From an uncultured Lachnospiraceae bacterium (GTDB taxonomy: Bacteria > Bacillota > Clostridia > Lachnospirales > Lachnospiraceae): a DNA stretch of 64,000 nt. Numbering within the stretch: position 1 is the first letter of the stretch; each line of letters opens with the position of its first letter. This document shows positions 8,931 to 18,809 of this stretch, piece by piece. The notes below the pieces were generated by a model. The model made no database searches and was not told the origin of the DNA. It saw nothing but the letters and a program-made list of their open reading frames with translations. The translations under genes and the position numbers were made by a program. Location of the stretch: NCBI GenBank assembly GCA_900315945.1, contig ONAZ01000007.1, positions 13,227 to 77,226 on the forward strand, written 5' to 3'.

Positions 8931-11357
8931 TTACTTCTTCTCAAACACTATCTTGCCTCTTTTTGCAGATATAGATATTGTATCACCTTTTTTATACTTA
9001 CTTGTAATAATCTCCTCTGCAAGTAAGTCTTCAACATCTGTCTGAATTTTCCTACGAAGAGGTCTAGCACCATACTTTGGATCATAAGCGCTATCCACAA
9101 TATAACTCTTGAGCGAATCCTTAATTACAAGGGTAATTCCCATCTGTTCCTCTGCTCGAGTTACAAGTTCAGACATCATAATTGATACAATCTTCTTCAT
9201 ATCCTGCTTATTAAGTGCTCTAAATACAAGTGTCTCATCAATTCTGTTTAAGAATTCCGGCTTGAATATACGTCTCACTTCCTCCATAACAGAATCTTTC
9301 ATATGATTATAATCTGCTTTCTCATCATTTCCTGAAGCAAATCCTAATTTCTTAGGCTCTATAATTGATTGAGCACCTGCATTACTTGTCATTATGATTA
9401 TTGTATTCTTAAAGTCAACTTTACGTCCTTGAGAATCAGTAATGCGACCATCATCTAATACTTGAAGAAGTATATTGAATACATCAGGATGAGCTTTTTC
9501 TATCTCATCAAATAGAAGAACACTATAAGGATGTCTTCTTACTTTCTCACTTAGCTGACCTCCTTCATCGTATCCGACATAACCTGGAGGAGAACCAATA
9601 AGTTTTGACACACTGTGTTTCTCCATATATTCAGTCATATCAACACGAATCATAGCATCTTCTTTGCCAAATACGGCTTCAGCAAGAGCTTTAGAGACTT
9701 CCGTCTTACCAACACCTGTTGGTCCAAGGAATAGAAATGAACCTATAGGTCTATTATTAGACTTAAGTCCTACTCTACCACGTCTAACAGCACGTGATAC
9801 AGCACTAACAGCTTCTTCCTGTCCAATAACTCTCTTGTGAAGAGTTTTCTCAAGATTCTTAAGTCTTGTAGTCTCAGATTCGTTGAGACGAGAAACAGGA
9901 ATCTTAGTCCACTCTGATACCACAACAGCAATATCTTCTGCTGTAACCTCAATCTTCTTTCTCTTACTATCTCTTGAATACTTCTTTCTGAATTTGTTAA
10001 GCTTCTCTTTGGCTGCATCTCTCTTCTTCTTAATCTCAGATGCCATCTCAAGATCATTATTAGAAAGTGCTTCTTCAAGCTTTTCTTCGTAATCCTTCAT
10101 CTTAATCTCAAGATCATATACCTTCTCAGGAGATTTCACTATATTAAGTCTAATTTTAGAACCTGACTCATCAAGCAAATCAATAGCCTTATCCGGAAGA
10201 AATCTATCACTTACATATTTCTCAGATAATTCCACACATGCTTCTAAGGCATCATTTGTATATACAACATTGTGATGCTCCTCATAGAGATGAGCAATAC
10301 CCTTAATAATATCAAGGGTCTCCTCAACAGATGGCTCCTCAACCATTATTGGCTGAAATCTACGTTCTAACGCTGCATCCTTCTCAATATGCTTACGATA
10401 CTCATCAATAGTTGTTGCACCTATTACCTGAATCTCTCCTCTTGCCATTGCCGGCTTAAGAATATTAGATGCATCAAGTGCGCCTTCTGCGCCACCTGCT
10501 CCAATAAGAGTGTGCATCTCATCAATAAAAAGTATAATATTGCCAGCAAGAGCTACTTCTTCTATAACTTTCTTAATACGTTCTTCGAACTCACCTCTGT
10601 ATTTTGAACCGGCAACCATACTAGATAAATCAAGCGAACATACTCTCTTATCTTTGATAGAATCAGGAACAGTACCTGTCACAATTCTTTGTGCAAGTCC
10701 CTCAACTATTGCAGTCTTACCAACACCTGGCTCACCAATAAGACAAGGGTTATTCTTATTACGTCTACTAATTATCTGAACAAGTCTCTTAATCTCTGTT
10801 TCTCTTCCAATAACTGGATCTAACTTACCTGAAGAAGCAAGATTAGTAAGATCTCTAGCATATTTATCCAAAGTATTCTTTTGCTTCTTCTGTAAAGATC
10901 TTGAAGCTTCTCTATAGGCTGCAGCTTCAGGTCCCATTGCATTCATAACATCGTTTGCAACTTTCCTAATATCAACATTAAGAGAAGTAATAAGCCTTGC
11001 TCCGGCGCAATCGCTTTCTTTAATTATGGCCATTAGAAGATGCTCTGTACCAATATGATTATTATTACATTTCTTAGCATCAGCCTCTGCAATATCAATT
11101 ATTGCATCAAGCTTAGGGGTATTCCCATTCTTACTCTGAAGTACAACTCCTGATTCCGGAGTAATCAGCTCCTCAATAAGCTTAACAATATTCTCATCAA
11201 TTATTCCATTATTCTCAAGAACAAGCGCAGCAAGTCCGTCCTTCGCTTTAGTTAATCCATATAGTAAATGCTCTGTTCCAACATAATTGTGCTGCATTTT
11301 CTTGGAAAAGCGCTTAGCGGCCTCCATTGCCTTTTTTCCCTGGGGCGTAAAATCCAT
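8931..11357 (-). CDS. clpC: ATP-dependent Clp protease ATP-binding subunit ClpC
   Basis: Two Clp_N repeats (VGTEHLLYGL and IGTEHLLMAI), two AAA+ modules (GEPGVGKTAIVEGLA and GPTGVGKTE), a UVR-like middle motif and a C-terminal ClpB_D2-small domain. Confidence 0.92.
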   Translation of the reverse strand: MDFTPQGKKAMEAAKRFSKKMQHNYVGTEHLLYGLTKAKDGLAALVLENNGIIDENIVKLIEELITPESGVVLQSKNGNTPKLDAIIDIAEADAKKCNNNHIGTEHLLMAIIKESDCAGARLITSLNVDIRKVANDVMNAMGPEAAAYREASRSLQKKQKNTLDKYARDLTNLASSGKLDPVIGRETEIKRLVQIISRRNKNNPCLIGEPGVGKTAIVEGLAQRIVTGTVPDSIKDKRVCSLDLSSMVAGSKYRGEFEERIKKVIEEVALAGNIILFIDEMHTLIGAGGAEGALDASNILKPAMARGEIQVIGATTIDEYRKHIEKDAALERRFQPIMVEEPSVEETLDIIKGIAHLYEEHHNVVYTNDALEACVELSEKYVSDRFLPDKAIDLLDESGSKIRLNIVKSPEKVYDLEIKMKDYEEKLEEALSNNDLEMASEIKKKRDAAKEKLNKFRKKYSRDSKRKKIEVTAEDIAVVVSEWTKIPVSRLNESETTRLKNLEKTLHKRVIGQEEAVSAVSRAVRRGRVGLKSNNRPIGSFLFLGPTGVGKTEVSKALAEAVFGKEDAMIRVDMTEYMEKHSVSKLIGSPPGYVGYDEGGQLSEKVRRHPYSVLLFDEIEKAHPDVFNILLQVLDDGRITDSQGRKVDFKNTIIIMTSNAGAQSIIEPKKLGFASGNDEKADYNHMKDSVMEEVRRIFKPEFLNRIDETLVFRALNKQDMKKIVSIMMSELVTRAEEQMGITLVIKDSLKSYIVDSAYDPKYGARPLRRKIQTDVEDLLAEEIITSKYKKGDTISISAKRGKIVFEKK

Positions 11358-11377
11358 TTGTAAACTCCCTTATTACA

Positions 11378-13009
11378 TTAAAAATCATTAAAATCTATTA
11401 TATCCGAACCACTTTGTTTTTTATCATTCTTCTTAGCATCATTAGCCATCTTCATTCTCGCATTAAACTCTTTGTCTAAATCAGGTTCGTCATCACCAAA
11501 GACATTCTTCTCTTTCTTACTTTCTTTTTTACGTTTCTTAAGCTCTTTCTTAATATCTTTTTCGTCTTCCCAGAAAGCAAAATCTTCATTGTTGTCTTCT
11601 GACTGATTATTAGTTTTCTCAGGTATATCTTCCGTCTTCTCTGTCTTGGCTTTCGGCTTCTCTAGCACGTCTTTTGCCGTCTCAACTTCAGCCTCAGCTT
11701 GCTTATCATCTGGCTTAACTATCTCCTTTTCAGTTTCCTTTGCCACCTTAGGTTCATCCGAAACTGTGAGATCATCTATGCTTTTATCAATGTCGAAGTC
11801 GTCATATTCGTCATATATATCTTCTTCTTCATCATCAAAATATTCTTCTTTTCTTCGACGACGCTCTTCCTTCTTCGCCGCTTTTCTCTCTTCTTTTTCT
11901 CTCTTCTTTTCTTCTTTAAGTCTGCGTTTAGCTTCCTTCTTTGATTCTTTATCCAAATCCTCAAATTCGTCTACAGGCTCTTCCTCATCGCCATCAATAA
12001 GATCTGCTTTATCATCTCTCTTCTTTAGGACAACATTAATTATAATAGCAACAACAACAATTACTACAAATATAATACCTGCAATAATATATCTGATATT
12101 AATTGCTTTAACCTTATCTAATAAGCTCTCTTCATTCTCAGACGCATTACTTGAAGAATTATTATTAAATAATGCTTCGTTTACTCTCTGAACAGTTTTC
12201 TCAGTAGTATCATACTGGAACCAGCCTGTTACATTAGTAGAACTTGTACCATATACATACACAAACCCTTCTACACCATCTAATGAATATATTTCTACCT
12301 GTCTTCCGTCAACATCAAGTGTTCCACTTTTTAATTTGTCACTTAATAATTCTGAAGTTTTTCCAGGAATAACATAATAATCTGGTCTTCCCAGGAAGAA
12401 ATACTCTTTTACTGAATTAGTTGCAGCATCATATATGTAAAATGTTCCTTGACCTGCTACATTATCTACTGGCTTAAGATATACAAGGGTCATTGAACCA
12501 TTACTTACGCCTTTTAATGTCTTGCCATTAATAGCAAGTTCTGTAACTGCAAATCCGCCAGGAACTTCTTCTGCTGCAAACTTCTCAGAGACAGTGTATT
12601 TCACACCATTATATTCGAAATCCTCTGTTGCAGCACCTGCAGCTGCTCCACCAACTGTAATTACCATTGATGAACCACTTGCACTATCAGAACTAACTGA
12701 TATTGCAGAATTACCTGCCACATTTGCTTTAAAAGTAATTGTACCTCTTTTACCACTAAAATCTACTTCTCCAGCACTTTGTGAATAACCACTTACGTCA
12801 CAATTAACAACAGATAATACGTCCTTGTTATATTTGACTGACATCTTACCAGACTCTGTTGCTGTGGCTGTTACTGTAAATGTATCTCCAACTCCCGGAC
12901 TATTGGTTGACACTGATACCGAAGATGTTCCAGCTGCCAACACTGTTAATGATGACATCAAAAAAACCAAGCATGAAATAGTAGCTATTAGTTTAACATG
13001 TCTTCTCAT
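11378..13009 (-). CDS. signal-peptide/single-TM protein with an extracellular S/T-rich domain and a long K/E/D-rich cytoplasmic tail; apparently co-transcribed with clpC
   Basis: Signal peptide MRRHVKLIATISCLVFLMSSLTVLAAG, a TM segment IIAGIIFVVIVVVAIIINVVL, then about 220 aa of low-complexity charged sequence. Its stop lies 20 nt before the clpC ATG, with only a GGGAG RBS between them. Confidence 0.6.
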   Translation of the reverse strand: MRRHVKLIATISCLVFLMSSLTVLAAGTSSVSVSTNSPGVGDTFTVTATATESGKMSVKYNKDVLSVVNCDVSGYSQSAGEVDFSGKRGTITFKANVAGNSAISVSSDSASGSSMVITVGGAAAGAATEDFEYNGVKYTVSEKFAAEEVPGGFAVTELAINGKTLKGVSNGSMTLVYLKPVDNVAGQGTFYIYDAATNSVKEYFFLGRPDYYVIPGKTSELLSDKLKSGTLDVDGRQVEIYSLDGVEGFVYVYGTSSTNVTGWFQYDTTEKTVQRVNEALFNNNSSSNASENEESLLDKVKAINIRYIIAGIIFVVIVVVAIIINVVLKKRDDKADLIDGDEEEPVDEFEDLDKESKKEAKRRLKEEKKREKEERKAAKKEERRRRKEEYFDDEEEDIYDEYDDFDIDKSIDDLTVSDEPKVAKETEKEIVKPDDKQAEAEVETAKDVLEKPKAKTEKTEDIPEKTNNQSEDNNEDFAFWEDEKDIKKELKKRKKESKKEKNVFGDDEPDLDKEFNARMKMANDAKKNDKKQSGSDIIDFNDF

Positions 13010-13116
13010 AAATGCACCTCAATTCCTAATATTACATATCAACAATTAGTATATTTGCATCACAATTTCTGCAAAATATTACTACATATAGATTATATGA
13101 GAAGTCACTAGAAAAA

Positions 13117-13335
13117 TCAACATTTTCTAACCAAAAGAATAACCCATGATACAATTAGTATAATAAAAAACGAAACAACAAGTCTTGTCATACTACAAAA
13201 GGCTAATTCTACAGAAAAAAGAAGTACATATCCAAAAACAATTAAAATCGCAATTAGAAACGCATATAGACCGCTGTATAATATATCCTGCTTAGTAATA
13301 CTTCCCTTGTTCTTCTCAAAAATAAAATTCTCCAT
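13117..13335 (-). CDS. small hydrophobic protein (72 aa), uncertain
   Basis: Two predicted TM helices and no supporting motif. Could be spurious. Confidence 0.35.
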   Translation of the reverse strand: MENFIFEKNKGSITKQDILYSGLYAFLIAILIVFGYVLLFSVELAFCSMTRLVVSFFIILIVSWVILLVRKC

Positions 13336-13410
13336 AACAAAATCCTCCTATATACTCAAGTTGTTAATGTAAGTATACAGAAGGATATGTACATTAAAAC
13401 GGACACATTA

Positions 13411-14187
13411 TCACATCTTTTCTTCCTGCCATTTGCCAGCAAAATTCAATAACAATTCGTCTGGGGAGAACTTCCTTAGAACATATGTTAACTTAGCTGC
13501 AATTCCAGGAAGAATTATCTCATGTTCATTATACATCTTATGAATTGCATACTTAGCGACTTTTCTAGGACTCATTCCCTTGGCCTGTTCTGTTATGCCT
13601 GCGGCTTCATTGAAGCCTGTAGGTACAGGCCCTGGGCACAATGCGCCAACATAGACATTAGATTCCATAACACTTTTTTCTCTTGCAATTGCTCTTGTCA
13701 AATTAAGTATATATGCTTTACTAGCATAATATGTTGCCATATATGGAGAGCCAGGCATATAACCTGCGGAGCTTGCAATATTGAGAATATATCCTCTATT
13801 TCTCTTAAGCATATCCTGAAGAAATAGTTTTGTGAGTACATGAGCTCCTACTACATTAGTGTTAATCATATCAATTTCTCTATCAACATCAATTGAATTA
13901 AATTCTCCTAATGCTCCGAAGCCGGCACCATTAATTAATACCTGTATATCTTTTGATTTATATTTCTCATATAACGCCTTGCATTCATCAACATTAGAGA
14001 CATCACATACGAAATACTCAACTTTATGATTATATCTGTGCCTTTTCGACAGTTTATTATATTCCTTTTCTAATTTGTTAAGCTTGTCCTCACTTCTAGC
14101 TACAAGTACAATATCAAGTCTTGACAGCAAACATCTTGCCATCTCTTTCCCTATTCCTGAGGACGCACCAGTTATAATTGCATACAT
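13411..14187 (-). CDS. SDR-family oxidoreductase
   Basis: TGASSGIG Rossmann motif and a YxxxK catalytic motif (YYASK). Confidence 0.85.
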   Translation of the reverse strand: MYAIITGASSGIGKEMARCLLSRLDIVLVARSEDKLNKLEKEYNKLSKRHRYNHKVEYFVCDVSNVDECKALYEKYKSKDIQVLINGAGFGALGEFNSIDVDREIDMINTNVVGAHVLTKLFLQDMLKRNRGYILNIASSAGYMPGSPYMATYYASKAYILNLTRAIAREKSVMESNVYVGALCPGPVPTGFNEAAGITEQAKGMSPRKVAKYAIHKMYNEHEIILPGIAAKLTYVLRKFSPDELLLNFAGKWQEEKM

Positions 14188-14223
14188 GCTTTACTCCTTT
14201 CTGATATAGTGTACATCTAGTCT

Positions 14224-14310
14224 CGTAATCAGGAGTATGTACCTCTCCAAACTGAGCTACGCTCAATGTGTTGGCGAGGCACATCTCCTGATTACTAGGC
14301 TTTGTATATT
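14224..14310. repeat. degenerate copy of the hairpin repeat seen at 14324-14488
   Basis: ctcgtaatcaggag ... ctcctgattactag inverted arms around a core that contains the tgagc-tac-gctca palindrome, as in the downstream units. Confidence 0.35.
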
Positions 14311-14323
14311 TATTATATATCAT

Positions 14324-14488
14324 GCAAAGACTATAAACATCTCTTTTGAAACATTGAGCTTGCTCAGTTGAGAAAGAGATGGTTTATAGGATTTGCTAAT
14401 TTATGAATACAACGCAAAGACTATAAACATCTCTTTCGAAACATTGAGTTTACTCAGTTGAGGAAGAGATAGTTTATAGGATTTGCTA
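14324..14488. repeat. two tandem ~75 bp near-identical structured repeat units (separated by 15 bp), each a long hairpin
   Basis: Unit: gcaaagactataaacatctcttttgaaacattgagcttgctcagttgagaaagagatggtttataggatttgcta. Arms ctataaacatctcttt / aaagagatggtttatag enclose the ttgagc-ttg-ctcag palindrome. Unit 2 shows about 8 substitutions. Confidence 0.6.
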
Positions 14489-14492
14489 TTAG

Positions 14493-15848
14493 TTAAAATA
14501 GTGCAAACTTAAGCACAAATATTCCAGCTAAAATATACATAAGCGGCTTAATCTTCTTATACTTTCCTGCAATAAGGTTAATTACAACGTATGATACTAC
14601 ACCTACACCAATTCCATCTGATATGCTATATAGAATTGGCATGCAAATGAAACAAAGATATGCTGGCATTGATTCTGAAGGATTCTTAAAGTCAATATCA
14701 ACTACATTCATAGCCATTAAGAAACCTACAAATATCAAAGCAGGTGCAACAGCAAATCCCGGTATCGCAATAAAAATTGGTCCAATAACTAATGACACAA
14801 GAAACAAAAGCCCTGTAACACAGGTAGAAAGACCTGTTCTTCCACCTTCATTAATACCAGCAGAACTCTCCACATAAACTGTTGTTGTTGATGTACCACA
14901 TATTGCCCCAAAAGCATTTCCAAGAGAATCAGCAATAAGCGCCCTCTTCATTGCAGGAAGCTTGCCATTCTCATCTAGCATTGATGTGTTAGCAGTACAT
15001 CCTAGAAGTGACCCCATTACATTGAATAAGTCAACAAATAATAACGAGAATACAATTGTAACAATATCAATAATATTTACGTTAGAAAAACCTAAGTCAA
15101 AGCAAGCGCCAAAAGAATCAGTAAAACTTGCGAAATCATCGAAAATAAACTTTGTAGGTATTACAGATGGATATCCTTCACCAACTTTATAAAGACCTGC
15201 CACCTGTGCCAGCATTCCAAGTCCCCATGAGACTCCTACACCTATAAGTATAGAACCTCTTACTTTTCTAGTATAGAATATGCCAATTACAATTACACCG
15301 ACAAGACATAGTATAGCTGATATACCATCAGTATAAAAATTATCATTAAAGTCCACAATCTTGACTAACGTATCCTCTGATGCTACTACAACTTTACCCT
15401 TCTGAAATCCTATAAATGCAATGAATAGTCCAATTCCAACAGTAAGTCCCTTTACAAGATCCTTAGGAATAGCTTCGAATAAAAATGTTGTAACATTAGT
15501 AAGTGTAAGAACAAGGAAAACTCCTGCTTCTATTAATACAGCAACTAATGCTACCTGCCACGGAATACCCATAGCTCCACAAACTTCATAGGTTACATAA
15601 GCATTAAGCCCTAGCCCAGGCGCTAATGCAAAGGGAAGATTAGCAATTAATGACATAAGAATAGTACTTACACCTGCTGCTAATGCCGTCGCAACAAATA
15701 CAGCATCTGGGTTCATTCCTGTTTCACTTAATATAGTAGGATTAACAGCAAGAATATATGCCATGGTAACAAAAGTTGTAAGGCCTGCCACTAATTCAGT
15801 TTTAACATTAGTCTTATTCTTTTGTAATTTAAAAATCTTCTCTAACAT
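14493..15848 (-). CDS. NCS2-family purine (guanine/hypoxanthine-type, AzgA/PbuG-like) permease
   Basis: About 13 TM helices and AzgA-like motifs (LVAGLTTFVTMAYILAVNP, ESSAGINEGGRTGL). Start set at MLEKIFKLQ, after an AGGTG RBS. Confidence 0.85.
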   Translation of the reverse strand: MLEKIFKLQKNKTNVKTELVAGLTTFVTMAYILAVNPTILSETGMNPDAVFVATALAAGVSTILMSLIANLPFALAPGLGLNAYVTYEVCGAMGIPWQVALVAVLIEAGVFLVLTLTNVTTFLFEAIPKDLVKGLTVGIGLFIAFIGFQKGKVVVASEDTLVKIVDFNDNFYTDGISAILCLVGVIVIGIFYTRKVRGSILIGVGVSWGLGMLAQVAGLYKVGEGYPSVIPTKFIFDDFASFTDSFGACFDLGFSNVNIIDIVTIVFSLLFVDLFNVMGSLLGCTANTSMLDENGKLPAMKRALIADSLGNAFGAICGTSTTTVYVESSAGINEGGRTGLSTCVTGLLFLVSLVIGPIFIAIPGFAVAPALIFVGFLMAMNVVDIDFKNPSESMPAYLCFICMPILYSISDGIGVGVVSYVVINLIAGKYKKIKPLMYILAGIFVLKFALF

Positions 15849-15950
15849 AACACACCTAAACAATGTAATAAAAAAACTTCGCCTCAAAGATACCAGAAAA
15901 TATTAACTGGCAACTTAAGGCAAAGCCTTTATAATCTTCTAAACTAATAA

Positions 15951-16391
15951 TTACTTATTCTTATTAGCCTTCTTAGCTTCACGTTCTTCTTTCTTCTTAC
16001 GCTTAGCTTCTTCTTTAGCAGCCTGCTGAGCCTTACGCTCTTCTGCAGCCTTAGCATTAGCTTCTGCATCTTCTGGCTTCTCTACACTAGTAATGGCAGA
16101 CTTCTGCATAGGAATACGGCAATTCTTATTGCTACCAAATTCAACGATAACAACTTCTTCACCTATGTCAATAATAACACCATAGAATCCACTAGAAGTA
16201 AGTACTGTATCTCCTACTGCCATGTTAGAAAGCATAGCATTCTTTCTCTGATTCTCCTTATTAGATGGACGAATCATGAAGAAATACATAAGTACAAATA
16301 AACCAACGATCATAATGATCATTCCGTATTTACCAAAGAAACCTGCAAAGCCTGATTGAGCTGTTGCATCTAATAATAAACCAAAATCCAT
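15951..16391 (-). CDS. yajC: preprotein translocase subunit YajC
   Basis: Single TM segment, then IRPSNKENQRK...GDTVLTSSGFYGVII, then a K/E/A-rich tail. This is the typical YajC layout, and the gene sits downstream of tgt. Confidence 0.85.
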   Translation of the reverse strand: MDFGLLLDATAQSGFAGFFGKYGMIIMIVGLFVLMYFFMIRPSNKENQRKNAMLSNMAVGDTVLTSSGFYGVIIDIGEEVVIVEFGSNKNCRIPMQKSAITSVEKPEDAEANAKAAEERKAQQAAKEEAKRKKKEEREAKKANKNK

Positions 16392-16571
16392 TAGATAATC
16401 CTCCTATTTCTTAAAATACCATTCACCATTTTACATAATATTGTAATATATATCAAGTAAAAATTGGTTATTTTAAGTATTTGTGATTATATGACAAAAG
16501 GCTCCTGTTTTCTTACCTTATTTTACATACCACCTATGATGACACATTTAATACAAAAAAAGCGACATTTA

Positions 16572-17702
16572 TTATAATATATCGTCTAAATGTTCTGACT
16601 TGGTCTTCTTGTATTCAGCGAATCTGTTATCTTCTATAGCCTCTCTAATCTCTTCCATCATAGTATTATAGAAGTACAAATTATGCAGCACGCATAGTCG
16701 CATTCCAAGCATTTCCTTACTCATAACAAGATGCCTAATATATGCGCGGGAATACTTCTGACAAGCTGGGCAATCACAGCCCTCCTCTATTGGACGAGGG
16801 TCTAGCTTATATTTCTCATTTCTAATATTAACCTTGCCTAGATTGGTATAAAGTTGACCATGTCTTGCATTTCTACTTGGGTAGACGCAATCAAAGAAAT
16901 CAACGCCTCTCTCCACAGATTCTAAGATATTGTTAGGAGTTCCTACTCCCATTAGATATGTAGGCTTATCTTCTGGTAAATGTGGGATTGTAACATCAAG
17001 TATTCTATACATTTCCTCATGTGTCTCACCAACAGCAAGACCACCAATTGCATAACCATCAAGATTCATAGAAGCTATCTCTTTAGCATGCTCGATTCTA
17101 ATATCTTCGAATATCGCACCCTGATTAATGCCGAATAGCAGTTGATTCTTGTTGATAGTGTCTTCCCTATCATTAAGCATTTTCATAGTATCCTGGCATC
17201 TCTTAAGCCATCTTGTAGTTCTATTAACAGAATCCTCTACATATTCACGACTTGCCTTACTACTTGGGCATTCGTCAAATGCCATTGCAATTGTAGAGCC
17301 AAGATTAGATTGAATAGTCATACTTTCTTCTGGGCCCATGAATAACTTTCTTCCATCAATATGAGAGTTAAATGTAACGCCTTCTTCTTTAATCTTACGA
17401 AGCTTAGCCAGTGAAAAAACCTGGAATCCACCAGAATCAGTAAGAATAGGCTTGTCCCACACCATGAATTTGTGAAGGCCACCAAACTCCTTAATTAATT
17501 CATCTCCAGGTCTTACATGAAGATGATAAGTATTAGAAAGCTGAACCTGGGTCTTAATACCCTGTAAATCTTCAGTGGATACACCACCTTTAATAGCTGC
17601 TGCCGTACCCACATTCATAAAAACAGGGGTCTGTATATCTCCATGAACAGTTGATAATACAGCCCTTTTTGCTTTACCCTCTTTATTAATAATCTTATAC
17701 AT
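16572..17702 (-). CDS. tgt: queuine tRNA-ribosyltransferase (tRNA-guanine transglycosylase)
   Basis: LSTVHGDIQTPVFMNVGT, DSGGFQ and the zinc-site C-x-C-x2-C...H (CDCPACQ) motifs. Confidence 0.92.
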   Translation of the reverse strand: MYKIINKEGKAKRAVLSTVHGDIQTPVFMNVGTAAAIKGGVSTEDLQGIKTQVQLSNTYHLHVRPGDELIKEFGGLHKFMVWDKPILTDSGGFQVFSLAKLRKIKEEGVTFNSHIDGRKLFMGPEESMTIQSNLGSTIAMAFDECPSSKASREYVEDSVNRTTRWLKRCQDTMKMLNDREDTINKNQLLFGINQGAIFEDIRIEHAKEIASMNLDGYAIGGLAVGETHEEMYRILDVTIPHLPEDKPTYLMGVGTPNNILESVERGVDFFDCVYPSRNARHGQLYTNLGKVNIRNEKYKLDPRPIEEGCDCPACQKYSRAYIRHLVMSKEMLGMRLCVLHNLYFYNTMMEEIREAIEDNRFAEYKKTKSEHLDDIL

Positions 17703-18796
17703 TACTTATATATTTCCTTTAAATATGATATTTTCGAAGTCATATTATCCATCATCAGATCAAGAAGTGTTATTGCAGCCATACTTTCTACAACAACTAC
17801 AGCCCTTGGTACAATAACAGGATCATGTCTTCCTGTAATATTAATATCTATCTCATCATTAAAACTATCAATTGTATGTTGCGACTGGCTTATTGATGGA
17901 GTTGGTTTGACTGCAACTCTAAATACAATATCCTGTCCATTACTAATACCACCAAGCACACCGCCTGCATGATTAGAATGGAATATCACTCCATTTCTAT
18001 AAGACATCTCATCATTATTAGTACTTCCATTACTTGTTGAGACTTTGAATCCATCACCCATTTCAAAGCCCTTTACAGCTCCTATTGAAAGCATTGCCTT
18101 AGCAAGACATGCATCAAGTTTATTAAAGGCAGGTTCTCCAATTCCTACAGGAACATTATGAATAACACACTCTATAGTTCCTCCAACAGAGTCGTTATTC
18201 TTCATACAGCCTTCAATATATTCCATTGCCTGAAAAGCAACTCTCTCATTAGGCATATATAACGGATTATTAATTTCATCAAGATAGATATCTTCAGGAT
18301 CTGCTATATTATACTTACCAATGGATCTTGTATAGCATGAAAATGTAATTCCAAGTTCTTTAAGAATCTTACTTGCAACAGCTCCACCTGCAACTCTTGC
18401 AATAGTTTCTCTTCCAGAGCTTCTACCGCCACCGCGATAATCCCTGATTCCAAACTTCTCTTCATAAGTATAATCAGCATGACCTGGTCTATACACATTT
18501 GCAATATTAGAATAATCTCTAGACCTCTGATTATCATTCTCTACCATAATAGAAATAGGACATCCTGTGGTAACTTCATCCATAGTTCCACTAAGAATAA
18601 TTGCCTTATCGCCTTCTTGTCTAGGAGTCGAGAACTTAGATTGACCAGGCTTTCTTCTATCAAGAAACACCTGTATATCTTCTTCATTAAGAGAAAGCCC
18701 TGCAGGGCATCCATCAATAACAACCCCTAGGGCTTTGCCATGGGATTCTCCCCATGATGTAATTGTAAAATTGTGTCCAAACGAATTATTTCTCAT
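17702..18796 (-). CDS. aroC: chorismate synthase
   Basis: N-terminus [29 protein letters not shown] and the signature GRHDPV. Its stop overlaps the tgt start. Confidence 0.92.
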   Translation of the reverse strand: MRNNSFGHNFTITSWGESHGKALGVVIDGCPAGLSLNEEDIQVFLDRRKPGQSKFSTPRQEGDKAIILSGTMDEVTTGCPISIMVENDNQRSRDYSNIANVYRPGHADYTYEEKFGIRDYRGGGRSSGRETIARVAGGAVASKILKELGITFSCYTRSIGKYNIADPEDIYLDEINNPLYMPNERVAFQAMEYIEGCMKNNDSVGGTIECVIHNVPVGIGEPAFNKLDACLAKAMLSIGAVKGFEMGDGFKVSTSNGSTNNDEMSYRNGVIFHSNHAGGVLGGISNGQDIVFRVAVKPTPSISQSQHTIDSFNDEIDINITGRHDPVIVPRAVVVVESMAAITLLDLMMDNMTSKISYLKEIYK

Positions 18797-18809
18797 GTCA
18801 ATTTCTTTC

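Noticed and set aside
11646-12191. 181-aa S/F/L-rich plus-strand ORF, plus the 11699..11944 and 11776..11964 ORFs
   Set aside because: These are antisense and alternative-frame artefacts of the low-complexity K/E/D-rich coding region of the 543-aa minus-strand gene.
13010-13120. CtsR operator upstream of the clpC-containing operon
   Set aside because: No (A/G)GTCAAA-NAN-(A/G)GTCAAA direct repeat was found on either strand. The nearest approximation (AGTCACTAGAAAAATCAAC) fits poorly.
15849-15950. Purine (guanine) riboswitch expected upstream of the NCS2 purine permease
   Set aside because: I read the minus-strand leader. The conserved P1/J1-2/J2-3/J3-1 motifs (UAUA...GGGA...UUUCUACC...CCGUAAAU) are absent, and only weak hairpins are present.
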